Source of the DNA: Lepidodermella squamata
Lineage: Eukaryota; Animalia; Gastrotricha
DNA length: 64,000 bases
NCBI GenBank assembly: GCA_047495785.1
Contig: JBLDXI010000017.1
Span: 3,720,001 to 3,784,000 of the forward strand
Direction: 5' to 3'
Part shown: piece after piece, positions 1-11,143 of the stretch
How positions within the stretch are numbered: position 1 is the stretch's first letter
How the letters are laid out: every line of letters begins with the position of its first letter
The notes under the pieces: generated by a model
What the model was told of the DNA's origin: nothing
Databases searched by the model: none
Seen by the model: the letters and a program-made list of their open reading frames with translations, nothing else
Position numbers and translations under genes: made by a program

Positions 1-1
1 G

Positions 2-2879
2 GAGCGACAATTTGACAAGGCGATGCGTCGTTTTTCAAGCCCTTATTTCGACATTTACTGGGTGGCTGAGTACCAGAAACAAGACGAGCAAACGCTGCTG
101 ATTACCAACATGTTGCCTAAGATCGGGGCAACTTTCTTGGCGTTGATGCTCTGGTGCACAGCGGGTGCGTTGATGCGAGACGCGGTTCGATCAAAGCCAT
201 GGGCTGGGGTGGTTGGTATCATGGCTACAATGTGCGCCAATATAGGCGCTTTCGGAATATGCCTATGGCTGAATCCAACGTTTTCGCCGATTTTAATGGC
301 TGTTCCGCTTCTTACCCTGGCCATCGGGTTGGACGATATGTTCATAATTCTGGAAGCCTGGTCTCGAACTAACCCGGCGTTACCAGTCGAGGAACGCATG
401 ATGTTATCTATGAACGTGGGTGGCACTTCGATTTTTATCACCTTCGTTATTAACTTGCTCGACTTCGTCATCGGCAACTACACGCCTTATCCGATTATAA
501 ACATGCTGTCGATATACTCAACAGCTGCAATGGTGTTGGATTTCGGCTGCCAAATGACCATTTTCTGTAGTTGTCTCGCTTTGTTTGGTGGCAACGAGCC
601 TGATAATAGACACTCGTGTTGCTGCTGCATTCGCCTACCCGACCGACGATCTGCTTTTCGCAGTGTTATTCTGACTCAACGGGGTCCAAGCGACCTCAAA
701 ATTGTGTGTTGTGCTGGCGGTTTCCTTCGACAACGCCGTGACACTACGCAACTTAGCGGGGATACCAGTAGTGCCTCTGAGGCCGAGGAAGACGAAGAGG
801 AGGAGGAAGATGGCCCTGTTCACCAAGCTATCTCGAGAATTCTATCGACTTTTTTACTGAAAACTCCTGTCCGCATTGCTTCAATCCTGTTGTTTTTCAC
901 GTACATCGGACTATCGGCTTGGTCACTATCGCAAATGCAGACCGGTTTGAAACCTGAGCGAATCTATCGGATGAGTTCGAACCTATACGACTACACTTAT
1001 TACCACCGCACTTTGTTCACGCGTTACTCGCATGAAGTTTTGCTGGTTTTAAACAACGAAGTCGATTACAGCCAGCCGAAGGTTCAATTGCAGCTGATTG
1101 AATGCGTAGCCAAAATCGAGTCATCCGGCTACTTCTGGGGCAGGGAAGAGACGTCGTTCTGGCTTCGCGATTTCTTGTCCTGGCTCGTTCAGATTAACGG
1201 AGCGTTGAATGGCACGACTTGCTGTAGCAATAACGCTGAAATTATCGAACAAATGCAGCGCTTCCCGGACGGGTTTTTCATGCAGGGCACTTACGGGTTG
1301 CACGCGAAAGACCTGCGCATAAATTACAATGCAACGACGATTCTGCGGTCGCGCTTCAGGTTTCGAGCTAAGGATATGACTGGGCCTGACAGGCAGGTCG
1401 GGATGATGCAGACCATTCGTGAAATCATCGACCAATACCGGCCCCAGTTCGACATGGCAGCTTATACTGGCGATTTTCTGCTGTACGACCAGTTTCAAAC
1501 TGCGGTGCCGGCGACGCTTTACTACAGTGCTATCACCCTGGTGGTGACTCTCGGCGTCGCTATTTTCATGATTCCGCACCCGGTCTGCATCTTCTGGGTC
1601 GGCATTTTCGTCGTTTCAATTCTCATCGGCATCGTTGGCCTGATGCGGCTGTGGTCTATGGATCTCGACTCAGTATCACTAATTAATCTCCTGATTGCAA
1701 TCTCGCTATCTTCCGACTTCGTGGCGCATGCCACTTACATTTTCTTGGTCACGCCGGCGCATGAGGTTGAAGACCCGGAGGAGCGGAAGACTGGTAAAAA
1801 GCTGGATCGCCCGCTGACTGCGCCTGAAATCCGCGTTCGAAAAGCCCGGTTTCTCATCGACGAGGTTTCAGGCGCTGCGATTCCCGCTGCCATCGGAACG
1901 ACCCTATCAGTGCTGTCGATGTCGACGAGCGACGCTTACATCTTCATCACATTCTTCCGCATTCTGTTTCTTACAGTTTTACTATCGGTAACGCACGCTC
2001 TTATTTTTGTACCGACCATCCTGTCGTTTTTCGGCCCTACATCCTCTGGCATGGGTATTATGTCGATGAAGAAAACGGGATCGGTTGCTAAGCAAGATCA
2101 AGCTTCGCACGACACTACGGTTGCTTCTTTCCAGCATTTCCAGCAAACCGAATCCGATAACGAGGTATAATTATTTCTCATGATTTATTTTAAACATTTA
2201 AATTTGTTAATTTTTTCAGAGGCCCGCTGCTCAGATCAAGAAAAATGTGGCTGGCGAAGTGAGTGACGAGTACACGTTACAGAACGAGACTTATGTCGGG
2301 CATGAACATGCAACCCACAGCAAGCCTCATCGGCACCATAGCCGTAACCGCAGCCGGTCTCGCCGCCGTCGCTCGCGTCGCCACGTAGAAAGCCCGTCGT
2401 CTTCTCTGCAAGTTGGCAACCATCTTGCAAGGAATCGAGACCGCTCAGACTCGTTATCATCATCTGATTCGGGCCCGGTTGAGATTGTTGCGTTCCGCCG
2501 ACGTCGCAACCCTGCGTTTTACGGCGGCCTTGGGCTGTACCAAGGCGGCGCTGATGCAACGGACTCGTTCGGAACAGGTCACCACGACTCGCACGGCTTC
2601 TTACCCGCCACTGTTAGAGCGGTGCCGGTTGTTGTCGAGCGGCGATCTGGTGGCGGCGGTGGCGGGGTAGAGGGCGATGGTCGCACCTGGCGACAACGGT
2701 TGCTGACTTTGACGACAACTATTGGAGGCACGCGTTCGCGAATGCTGCCGTCTACGGGTGACGATGGGTTTCATCATCATCATCACCATCACCACCACAA
2801 CGGAGCAGCCACTCTGCAACCGGTGAGTCGGCACCACTCGACGGCGTCGACGTTCGAGCGCCATCGCTTCCATGTATAA
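2..2879 (+). CDS. Patched domain-containing (PTCHD/Ptr-like) sterol-sensing-domain RND membrane protein, 5' end outside window; exons <2..2164, 2220..2879
   Basis: Frame is open from base 2. SSD helices with AIGLDDMFI motif, second TM block (LDSVSLINLLIAISLSSDFVAH...FFRILFLTVLLSVTHALIFVP). GT at 2165 and TTTTCAG at 2219 join in phase 0 to ORF 2247..2879. Confidence 0.9.
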
Positions 2880-3673
2880 TGAATGGGTCTAAGGTTAAAT
2901 GATGAGCATTGTGCATTTATAGTACGACAGAAATATATTCAATCCGGCGAAGGTGCTGATGATTCGTTGATTTAACATCTGCATATAACTCCTTTTCTGC
3001 TTCTGCTACGCATTTGTTTTTTTGCGACAAGTTGTACATTTCAGTGTTGTGAGACGACTTGGATACAATCCTGTGATTATGACAAACAAGCGCGACAATC
3101 AAAAGCTCCGACTCGGTGTTTTATAGTCGGTGCTACCTCAACAGATTCACCCTCAGCGTGCTAACCTAAGCGCTATCCGAGGCAGCTGCTTTTATACTGC
3201 TGATCATTTTTAAGATGGAGTTTTCGTTTTTATTCACAACAGTGCCTCGGATAGCTTTACCTCTACCTTCAACGTTGCTGATTTCGGTTGTGTAATTTTT
3301 CGCAATTTGTTGTTTATTCTATTGCAAATTTTAATTCATCGATCCTGCTTTCAATACTTTCGGCTTTACTGTTTTTTCTACATACTGAGGCGTCATTTGA
3401 TGCTTCGATTTGACGCAATATTGAGCTGATTAGCAATCAAATAATCTCCCCTCGATTCAATCGCAAAACGAGTGCTTTCTCCTTCTATCTCTCTATCCTC
3501 GAACAATATTTATTGTACCGAAATTGTATACGCTGTGACGCATAATACACATGCAATAGAACAGGTCTGAATCCGAGAAATGAAAAAAAAACGACTTTTC
3601 CCTATTTAATCCGCTCTTTTGTTTCTTAGAACAATTATCTCTTGAGCAGTTTTTATTACTCGGCTCCTACGAA

Positions 3674-4062
3674 ATGTCTGAAAAAGAAGGTAAGTGGGGA
3701 TGATCTTCCGTTGCAAAGCTAATTGGTTAATTCACGTGATTTTGTTTTCCGAAGTTTCAGCCCGGCTTGAACCTGGAGAGGTGGGCAGCGGCGGCCCTCA
3801 GCTGTCAGAAAACGTGCAGCAGGCAATATCTGCGGAGAAGTTTCAACAGCAAGCTGAGAGCGGAAATGGCGTCTCGGCAGGTTCCGCACCAGCGAAGAAG
3901 CCGCGCGTCGATCTTCAGTCCCTGCCGACTCGTGCCTATCTCGACCAGACCGTCGTGCCCATCCTGTTGCAAGGCATGAGCGTCCTCGCGAAAGAGCGCC
4001 CGCCGAATCCCATCGAATTTCTGGCGGCGTACCTCCTCAAAAATAAGCATTTGTACGAATGA
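3674..4062 (+). CDS. DPY30: Protein dpy-30 homolog (COMPASS subunit); exons 3674..3689, 3761..4062
   Basis: [46 protein letters not shown] is the Dpy-30 motif. ATG exon followed by GTAAGT; TTTCAG acceptor at 3760 keeps the frame. Confidence 0.95.
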
Positions 4063-5383
4063 AAGGCGCAACGGTACACGAAGGACGATTCTTTTAGCCT
4101 TCATAACGTGATCGAATAAAAAGCTGACTGGTTGTCTTTTTTAGATGGAAATAAAAGCCGCATTATTAGGTACTTGTGAGATCTATTGAAAACAAAATGC
4201 CGGGAACTATTCCCACTACACTCATGTGATGCTGCTGCAGCGTTCGCTCCAAAATGATGTTATATACGTTTGACAGCAAATCAAATGCCGTTCTTTTCTT
4301 GTCGCCAAGCATCAATCTCGCGCGTATCTGTGAATACTATTGAAAGAGTTGAAGATGAATTGAATCAATAAAATTTTCTAGTGATGAAAACAAGAGTCGG
4401 GTTCGATTCACAAGTGTAGTTTTATTGTTTTACACTTTATTGTTGTTGTTGTTGTTCTCCTAAACATCGATACGGCTATCATGTTATTTTAACCAATCAG
4501 GATTGAAAATACACGCGATAGAAAATTACTTATCATGTAATAATTGTAATAATAATATTAATAATATTTTATACGCATTTCCTCGTCATCCGACTAAAAC
4601 TTTCCGTAAATAGTGTAGATGAGCAGCAAATGTACATCCAAAGACAAGATGACAGAGACAACAGACGAAAAACAGACGAAACAGGCGCACGCAATAATTG
4701 TTTGTAAGTAGGCGTTCATTGATATTATAAGAGAGCGAAAGCAAAAAGGTGTAACGAAAACGCGCTTTCAACTCAAATATTTTCATTATTTCACGTCCAG
4801 ACCTTTCGACATCGCCGGACCTGGATTTCGCAGGATGGAATCGTTCATTTAAGAAATTCGATTGACCCACCAAGTAAAAAAAGTACCTGGTCGCTAGAAT
4901 AAGACGTTCATTTTTATTGTTGTTGTTGTTGCTGATATTACTAGAAGCACATTTTTCAATGATAGAAGTGTGCGCACGAACACACTAAAATTGAGAATAG
5001 AATCAAACAATATACCAGCCGCAGCTCACTGCTACACGCAATTCATATAAGTAGTAATCATTGTATCTTTCAGTTGCTGGAAAATTTCAGTCAATTTTAT
5101 CATAATTTTTTGCTGTTGGTAATTAGATAATTTCTTTCGAGATAGCAATATAATTATAACGCATATTTTATTTAGCATATCAACATCATCATCATTATCA
5201 TAATTATTTCTTCAGAAATGAGAGAGAAAAACGAGAGAGAGCAAGGCAAACAACGCTTTTAGATGAAATGTCGCGCTTCGTTCTTGTCCGCGGTGTGCAT
5301 CGGCTCAATTTATATTTTATCTTCATCTTAAGCCAATCAGACCAACAGACACGAAAGAGAGAGAAATACAGAGAGAGAACAGA

Positions 5384-5414
5384 GATAGTAGTAGTAATTG
5401 TAGTAGTAGTAGTA
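5384..5414. repeat. Imperfect (TAG)n microsatellite; a second copy at about 6251-6278
   Basis: Visible gtagtagtag arrays. Confidence 0.8.
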
Positions 5415-7778
5415 GACACTGACAACACCGCACACGTGAGCCAATTACCGAGAAATCATCGGAAAAATTGGACTGACAACAATACAATAGAGACTAAGGA
5501 CGCTAAAATTTTGCTGCTCAAATACACATGATTTCGATCTCTGTTCTTTCTTTCTTATACACAAATGAAAAGATGGTAAATTTTCGTACAATCAATTCTA
5601 TAATATATAGGTTTCGCACAACAGTCCGATCGCCATCTTTTTCCTATATTATAATGCTTGCTCTAGTAACACGCGACAACAAGAAAAAATGTTGCGGAGA
5701 CAAAAATATATACGACGGCGAGACAATTTGTTTTACAATACTTGAAAAACTAGTTAATTACCCAATAATCAGTGGCTGAAGCGTTGGCGGCGGACGCAGG
5801 AAATCAGGTGGAAAATGCGCGCTCATCAAATTGGGACTATCGATATAGGTATCCTTTTTTGCGCGGGTGACAAAAATGCAATATTCTTACGGGTACTTGT
5901 ACATAAAAATCAAGCACAAAAAACGGTCGCAGATGACCGCGGAGATGTGTCCGCGAATAAGAAGAAAAAAGCGCAATGTGTCGAGGCAACTCAAGTCTCC
6001 AGGCCCCTCCCGCGAGGCAGCGGACACATTGTTTGGCGACGACACTCTAGTCAATAAATCAATGGTGTGCATTTTCCGATCATTCAGTTCCACATCTCAG
6101 TTGACATCACTGCGCACTGTTCCTACTATGTACGTTGCGTATTATTAGCATTATCCGATTTTAACTACTTGCAGTCGAGTTTCGCCGCCGCGGCTGCACT
6201 GAATACGCGTTGCGGGCGCGCGCACACTGACAGACGCATTTTTTTCGTGAAGTAGTTGTAGTAGTAGTAGTAGTAGTACTTAAATGTGAGAGCAATAGAA
6301 GAAGACGAAGATGTTCTACTATTGATAGAGTAGCGTCGTGAATTAGTTGTAAGTATTGTTTGACACGAGCAGGAGGAGATGTGTTATCACGCCGCCTGCC
6401 CGTGCCGGTTGGGCGATGAAAAAACCTAGAGCTGTACAAACAGGGATGAAGAAGAAGATCATCGTCATCGACAGCCGGTGACTGAATGAAATATAATTAG
6501 TAGTAATCGGTCAATGCTCCTCCAAAACAAACAGCTCACAATTTCGCTATAAACTAATATATATATATAGTATAGATACGGTGAATCGGGAAAAATCGCA
6601 GGCGGATTTATGCAAATGCAGGTACTTTTCATGACGCGCGATTTGAAAACACATAGTACGTTGAAGCAGCATGAATCGCGAAAAAGCCCAGACCTTACGT
6701 CCGGGCTCTTCCACTCGATGTGACAATCATTATACAATAATTATCATGATATAAAGATTTTTTAATAATTCGCTACTAAAATGAGAGAATGAGAGAGAGC
6801 GCGTGTGTGCTACTCCGCATATTCATATATAAATATGCATCGTGAATCGAAGCTACAAGGGAAAGAATATGACCGAAGAAAGAACAGAAAGGGGATGTGT
6901 TAGATCCAATCTGCTAAACCGCCAGCTGATTATCTTGAAGTTCGTTAGCAAAAGAAAACATACACCTAAACACATCGCGACATGAACTTGGCAATGTTTT
7001 TAACCATCGTGCCACACAATAATCTGTTATTTTCAATCAGAGTAGTAATATTATTATACGAAGGTTAAGAAGAAGAGAAGAAGAGGTGTAAAAAACGGGT
7101 GGTTTCATTGATATATATAAGGGTTGTTAATACAAAATGAGACACGCTGCTGTTGGCTGCGAATAGTCTTCTTGAAGCTTTTGTACTATCGGGTATCATA
7201 AGTATTAGCGCTATTTTTCATCCGAGCCTCCATGGCGTGAATTGACGCTGTCGTAATTACGACGGCGAAGAAGCGCTAGAGCCTACCTATTGATTGTTGT
7301 CAAACAACATCTCGAGTAAGTAGCAAAACAACGCGGCGCGAACACGCGGCTCGCTACAGTTTTGTTTCATATCAGTCTTCACATCATCTTCACTTAAGGA
7401 GGATGACTGGCGCGAATGAACGAAAGACTAAGCAAGCTCACCAACCCCGCGACAAAGAGAATAGACAGCGAAGATAGAATAGAAGAGAAGATGAGAATGC
7501 AAAACCACGGCGGCGGCGCGTGTTCGTTAAAGAACTTATATAAGGTGGCTGGGCTACTACGAGTGAAAAGCGTAAAACAAAGCGTTGTTCCGGCTACGAA
7601 GTCGATCGACCCCAAATTAAATCGCACAAATGATCCTACCACGAGTGATGAATGCGAGGAGCCCACATGTGTGAGTGTGCTTGTTGTACATACAATTTTT
7701 GTTGTGTGACACGGCGACATCTTCAACTAAAAACCATGGGAGAAAGTTTGAATTGTCTCTGTTATTCAATTTCGGCCT

Positions 7779-10175
7779 TTAAGATTGTTGTTGCACAGTT
7801 GTGGCCGCTGGCATCGACACGGCCGCGCTCGATCCGCTGCCTCCGGTGGGCGAGATCGCGCCCCGACCGGCACCGGCTTCAGCTGCGGCACCGCCCGAGG
7901 ACGCGACAGCGGTACCGCTTGACGACGCTCCTGTTGGTTGCGCGTCCATATGAACCTGAAAAAAACACGACAAAGTTGCATAAAAAATCAAGCATAAAAT
8001 CAAGACATCAGTCGAAGTCTGCGTTTCCTAATAAAGTGTACTAAGCCACAGTTCAAATCACCACATATACTCAAATAACACAAATAATAATGAAAAATTA
8101 AAAAATATTCGTGTTGAAAATTCAGCGCAAATCACCGCGGCTTTCAGGATACGATAACCAGCCTCAGTTAGCAGTCCCAACTAAAATGCAGATAGGTATA
8201 AGTCGAATCGCAGCTAATTTACGATTTGAAACGTGAGATGAAGCAGGGTGCATTTTCGCCTATAGATGATTTTGTATTGAGTGTGTCCAGGCTCTATTTT
8301 TTGTAATACTAAACTAGGCAAGCTAACTATATGTTATCAACCTCGAAATTTTGATTCAATATAGAGAAGTTGCACTGTGAGAGCAATGCAAATGACCCAA
8401 AATTTGGATGAGTTTCAAAACGTACCCCAGCGTCCGCCGTGGACGACGAAGAAGTGGCTGGTCGACTGGAAGCATTGCCGGCCGCGGCGGTGGCGGGCGC
8501 GGACGATGCCGCCGCCGACGCTGCGGCAGCTTGTTGAGAGGAGGCCGGCGGCGACGCCTGCTGGCCGCTCGCTGTCGACGCGACGACTGCCGCGGTGGCC
8601 GAGGCGAGCTGAGTGCGGGCGTGCGGGGGGATGATGGCGTCGATGAGCGAGCCCGACAGTTGCACTTCCATCGGCGTGAAGTTGAAGAGCAAGGGCAGCT
8701 CGCGGCCGTTGGGCAGGCGCGTGCTGGCGTCGCGCAGCTCGTCGAAGAAGGCGTGGGCGAGCGCCTCCATCGGCGTGATGCGCTTCGACGGCGAGTATTC
8801 GAGCAGCCGTGCGATGAGCGCGATCGCCGTCTGCGGCGTGCGCGAGCGGAACACCTTGCTCCACGGGTTGGGCGCGATTTGAGGGAACTTGAACTCTGTG
8901 TAGTTCGGGTTCATCTCTTTGATTTGCTCCTTCGTCGGCGTGCCCAGGACCTTGATGATCTCGACGAGCTGGTCGACGCCGGACTCGCCGGGGAAAATGG
9001 GCTGACCGAGCAGGAGCTCGGCCATCACGCAGCCGGCTGACCAGATGTCGATCGACACCGTGTAGTCGTTGGCGCCGAAGATGAGCTCCGGTGCCCGGTA
9101 GTAGCGCGAGCAGATGTACGACACATTTTGCTCGCCGCGCGTCAGCACCTTGGCGCTACCGAAGTCGCAGAGCTTCAGGATCGAAGTCTCCGGATCGAGC
9201 AGCAAGTTTTGCGGTTTAATATCGCGGTGGCAAATACCGAGCGAATGTATATATGCAAGACTGCGGAACAGCTGATACAAATAAACCTGTGAAAAAAGAA
9301 CATCACCATCACCATCATCATGTGTCATCAATTACAAATCAGCGACGTCAATTACTCGCTCGTCAAAAAATTACTGAAAGACATGCGCGTGCGCCCCATG
9401 TAATTATCAAATTGATCAAATATGCAAGGCTCGATTGGTGAATAGTACCACTGTGATGAATAATGCGCGGCACAGCATTCATCTATATAATATTAGCGTT
9501 GCTATTAATCGATCCAAGGCCACTCTACTCGTCGCGCACGACGATCCTACAGCAACTGCATTAGGATTGCTACTACACACAACTATGTATCAATCGCCCG
9601 TCGCCCAGCGCGACTGCATGATAACGAGTTCGAGGAGCATCTTGATTTCAAGCATCATGTAGGCGTAATAAGACGTACCTTGACGTAAATAATTGGCAAT
9701 GTCTGCTTCAGTTTGGTATAATGCCGGGCTACGCGGTAGACAGTCTCCGGAACAAACTCGAGCACAAGATTGAGATAGATTTCGTCCTTCTTGTCACCAG
9801 TTGAGTAGAAGTAGTAACGCAAGCGTACGATGTTAGGATGATCCACTTTCTTCATTATTTGTAATTCTCGGTTTTTAAAACGTTTGTCTTGCAAAACTTT
9901 CTTGATCGCCACAAAATCACCCGAATTGTCACACAGCCGAGCTTGGTAGACAACGCCGAAAGAGCCGTTGCCAATGGGCTTCAAATCACTGTAACTGACA
10001 TCGATTGCGACCTCGGGCCCCTGTCCAGGGCTGGCTTTTACTGTGGTTATTCCCCCCGGAGCGCCGACACCGGGACCACGCGTCACACCGCTGCCATTGG
10101 CAGGCGGCGAGGCTATAAACAAAATCGTATTAAACAGAAGAAAATTCAATAAGTCAACTTACTGGCTGTCTTCAT
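7779..10175 (-). CDS. GSK3B: Glycogen synthase kinase 3; exons approx 10175..10163, 10112..9679, 9286..8425, 7956..7779
   Basis: [67 protein letters not shown]. Ala/Ser-rich C-terminal tail. Start codon inferred. Confidence 0.95.
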
Positions 10176-10399
10176 TTCATCAAATGCCTACCAAGCTCAA
10201 CACAGATACGGGGGGTTATATAACATACCTAAATATTGAAAATAAAACAAGTTTAAAGACAAGTTGCTTCACGTGCACAAAACTGTATGTCGTGACTTGA
10301 GCGATAACATCAAAACAATAGTAAAAAATTGCAAAATGAGATAGTAGCAAATAGGAATGAGAATTGGACCAAATGATTCACTTGACATTGCATATCAAT

Positions 10400-11143
10400 T
10401 TAGCGATAAAAATCGTCATGACCGCGGCTTTCGGACTCGTCCTCTTCAATTGTGACGTGCGCTTCAATAACATGAGATTCCGGTGGGGCTATAACAACTT
10501 TTTGAGTGGAAGTAGAGCCGAATAATCCAGCGTCAGAGTAAGAGGGGACTTGGAACCTTTCGGTTGACGAATCCGATTGGACAAAATGTGTCTGCACGGT
10601 TTCAGCGTGCCCCTCATTCGAGGTGTGCTGATTATCGCGATTTTCGCGATTAGTTTGCCTGTCAACGCCCATCTGCTCTTTCCTAGGCGATAAAGGCCCT
10701 GGGTCAACGGAGGGTTGGCGGACAAAATCATAGTAAAGAATGCTCGAAATATTCATGTTCGCTGTTTCGTTCATGTTCGGCACTGGATCAATTGCCTGCA
10801 GAGGTCGTTGTACGACAGGTGCTTGAGGTGCCGGAGATCGAGAAAATAAATTCGAGAACAGTCTATTATACTCATTCTTTGTTGAATTAATAAAGGAAGA
10901 CAAATTGTTCATCTCTGTATCGAGAGCATCCAATCGCACCAAGGATGAATCAAGTTTGCTTCGAGACATGTTCTCGCTATCAACAACCAAACTCCACTGC
11001 ATTCCGAGTGATGAGGACGGCGTGTTTGTTTGAATTCGGTTGATGCTTTTACTCAGCAATTCCAACGAGTATGCAGTATCCCGTTTGGCAGCTTCATAAC
11101 GAGCAAGTAGCTCGGCTAATTCTCCATCAGTCGTCAAGTCCAT
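10400..11143 (-). CDS. Coiled-coil N-terminal protein, weakly SKA2-like
   Basis: Long intact ORF with ATG at 11143 downstream of an acceptor. N-terminal ELAELLARYEAAKRDTAYSLELLSKSI resembles the SKA2 pattern L..L...F..A..D..Y....L...I (from memory); disordered C-terminal half. Confidence 0.5.
   Translation of the reverse strand: MDLTTDGELAELLARYEAAKRDTAYSLELLSKSINRIQTNTPSSSLGMQWSLVVDSENMSRSKLDSSLVRLDALDTEMNNLSSFINSTKNEYNRLFSNLFSRSPAPQAPVVQRPLQAIDPVPNMNETANMNISSILYYDFVRQPSVDPGPLSPRKEQMGVDRQTNRENRDNQHTSNEGHAETVQTHFVQSDSSTERFQVPSYSDAGLFGSTSTQKVVIAPPESHVIEAHVTIEEDESESRGHDDFYR

Noticed and set aside
4586-7726. Numerous 60-110 aa ORFs in the AT-rich tract
   Set aside because: Low-complexity translations of simple repeats; better explained as 3' UTR or intergenic sequence.
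8377-9040. Long plus-strand ORFs overlapping the GSK3 exon
   Set aside because: Antisense shadow ORFs caused by the very high GC3 of that exon; no recognisable motifs.
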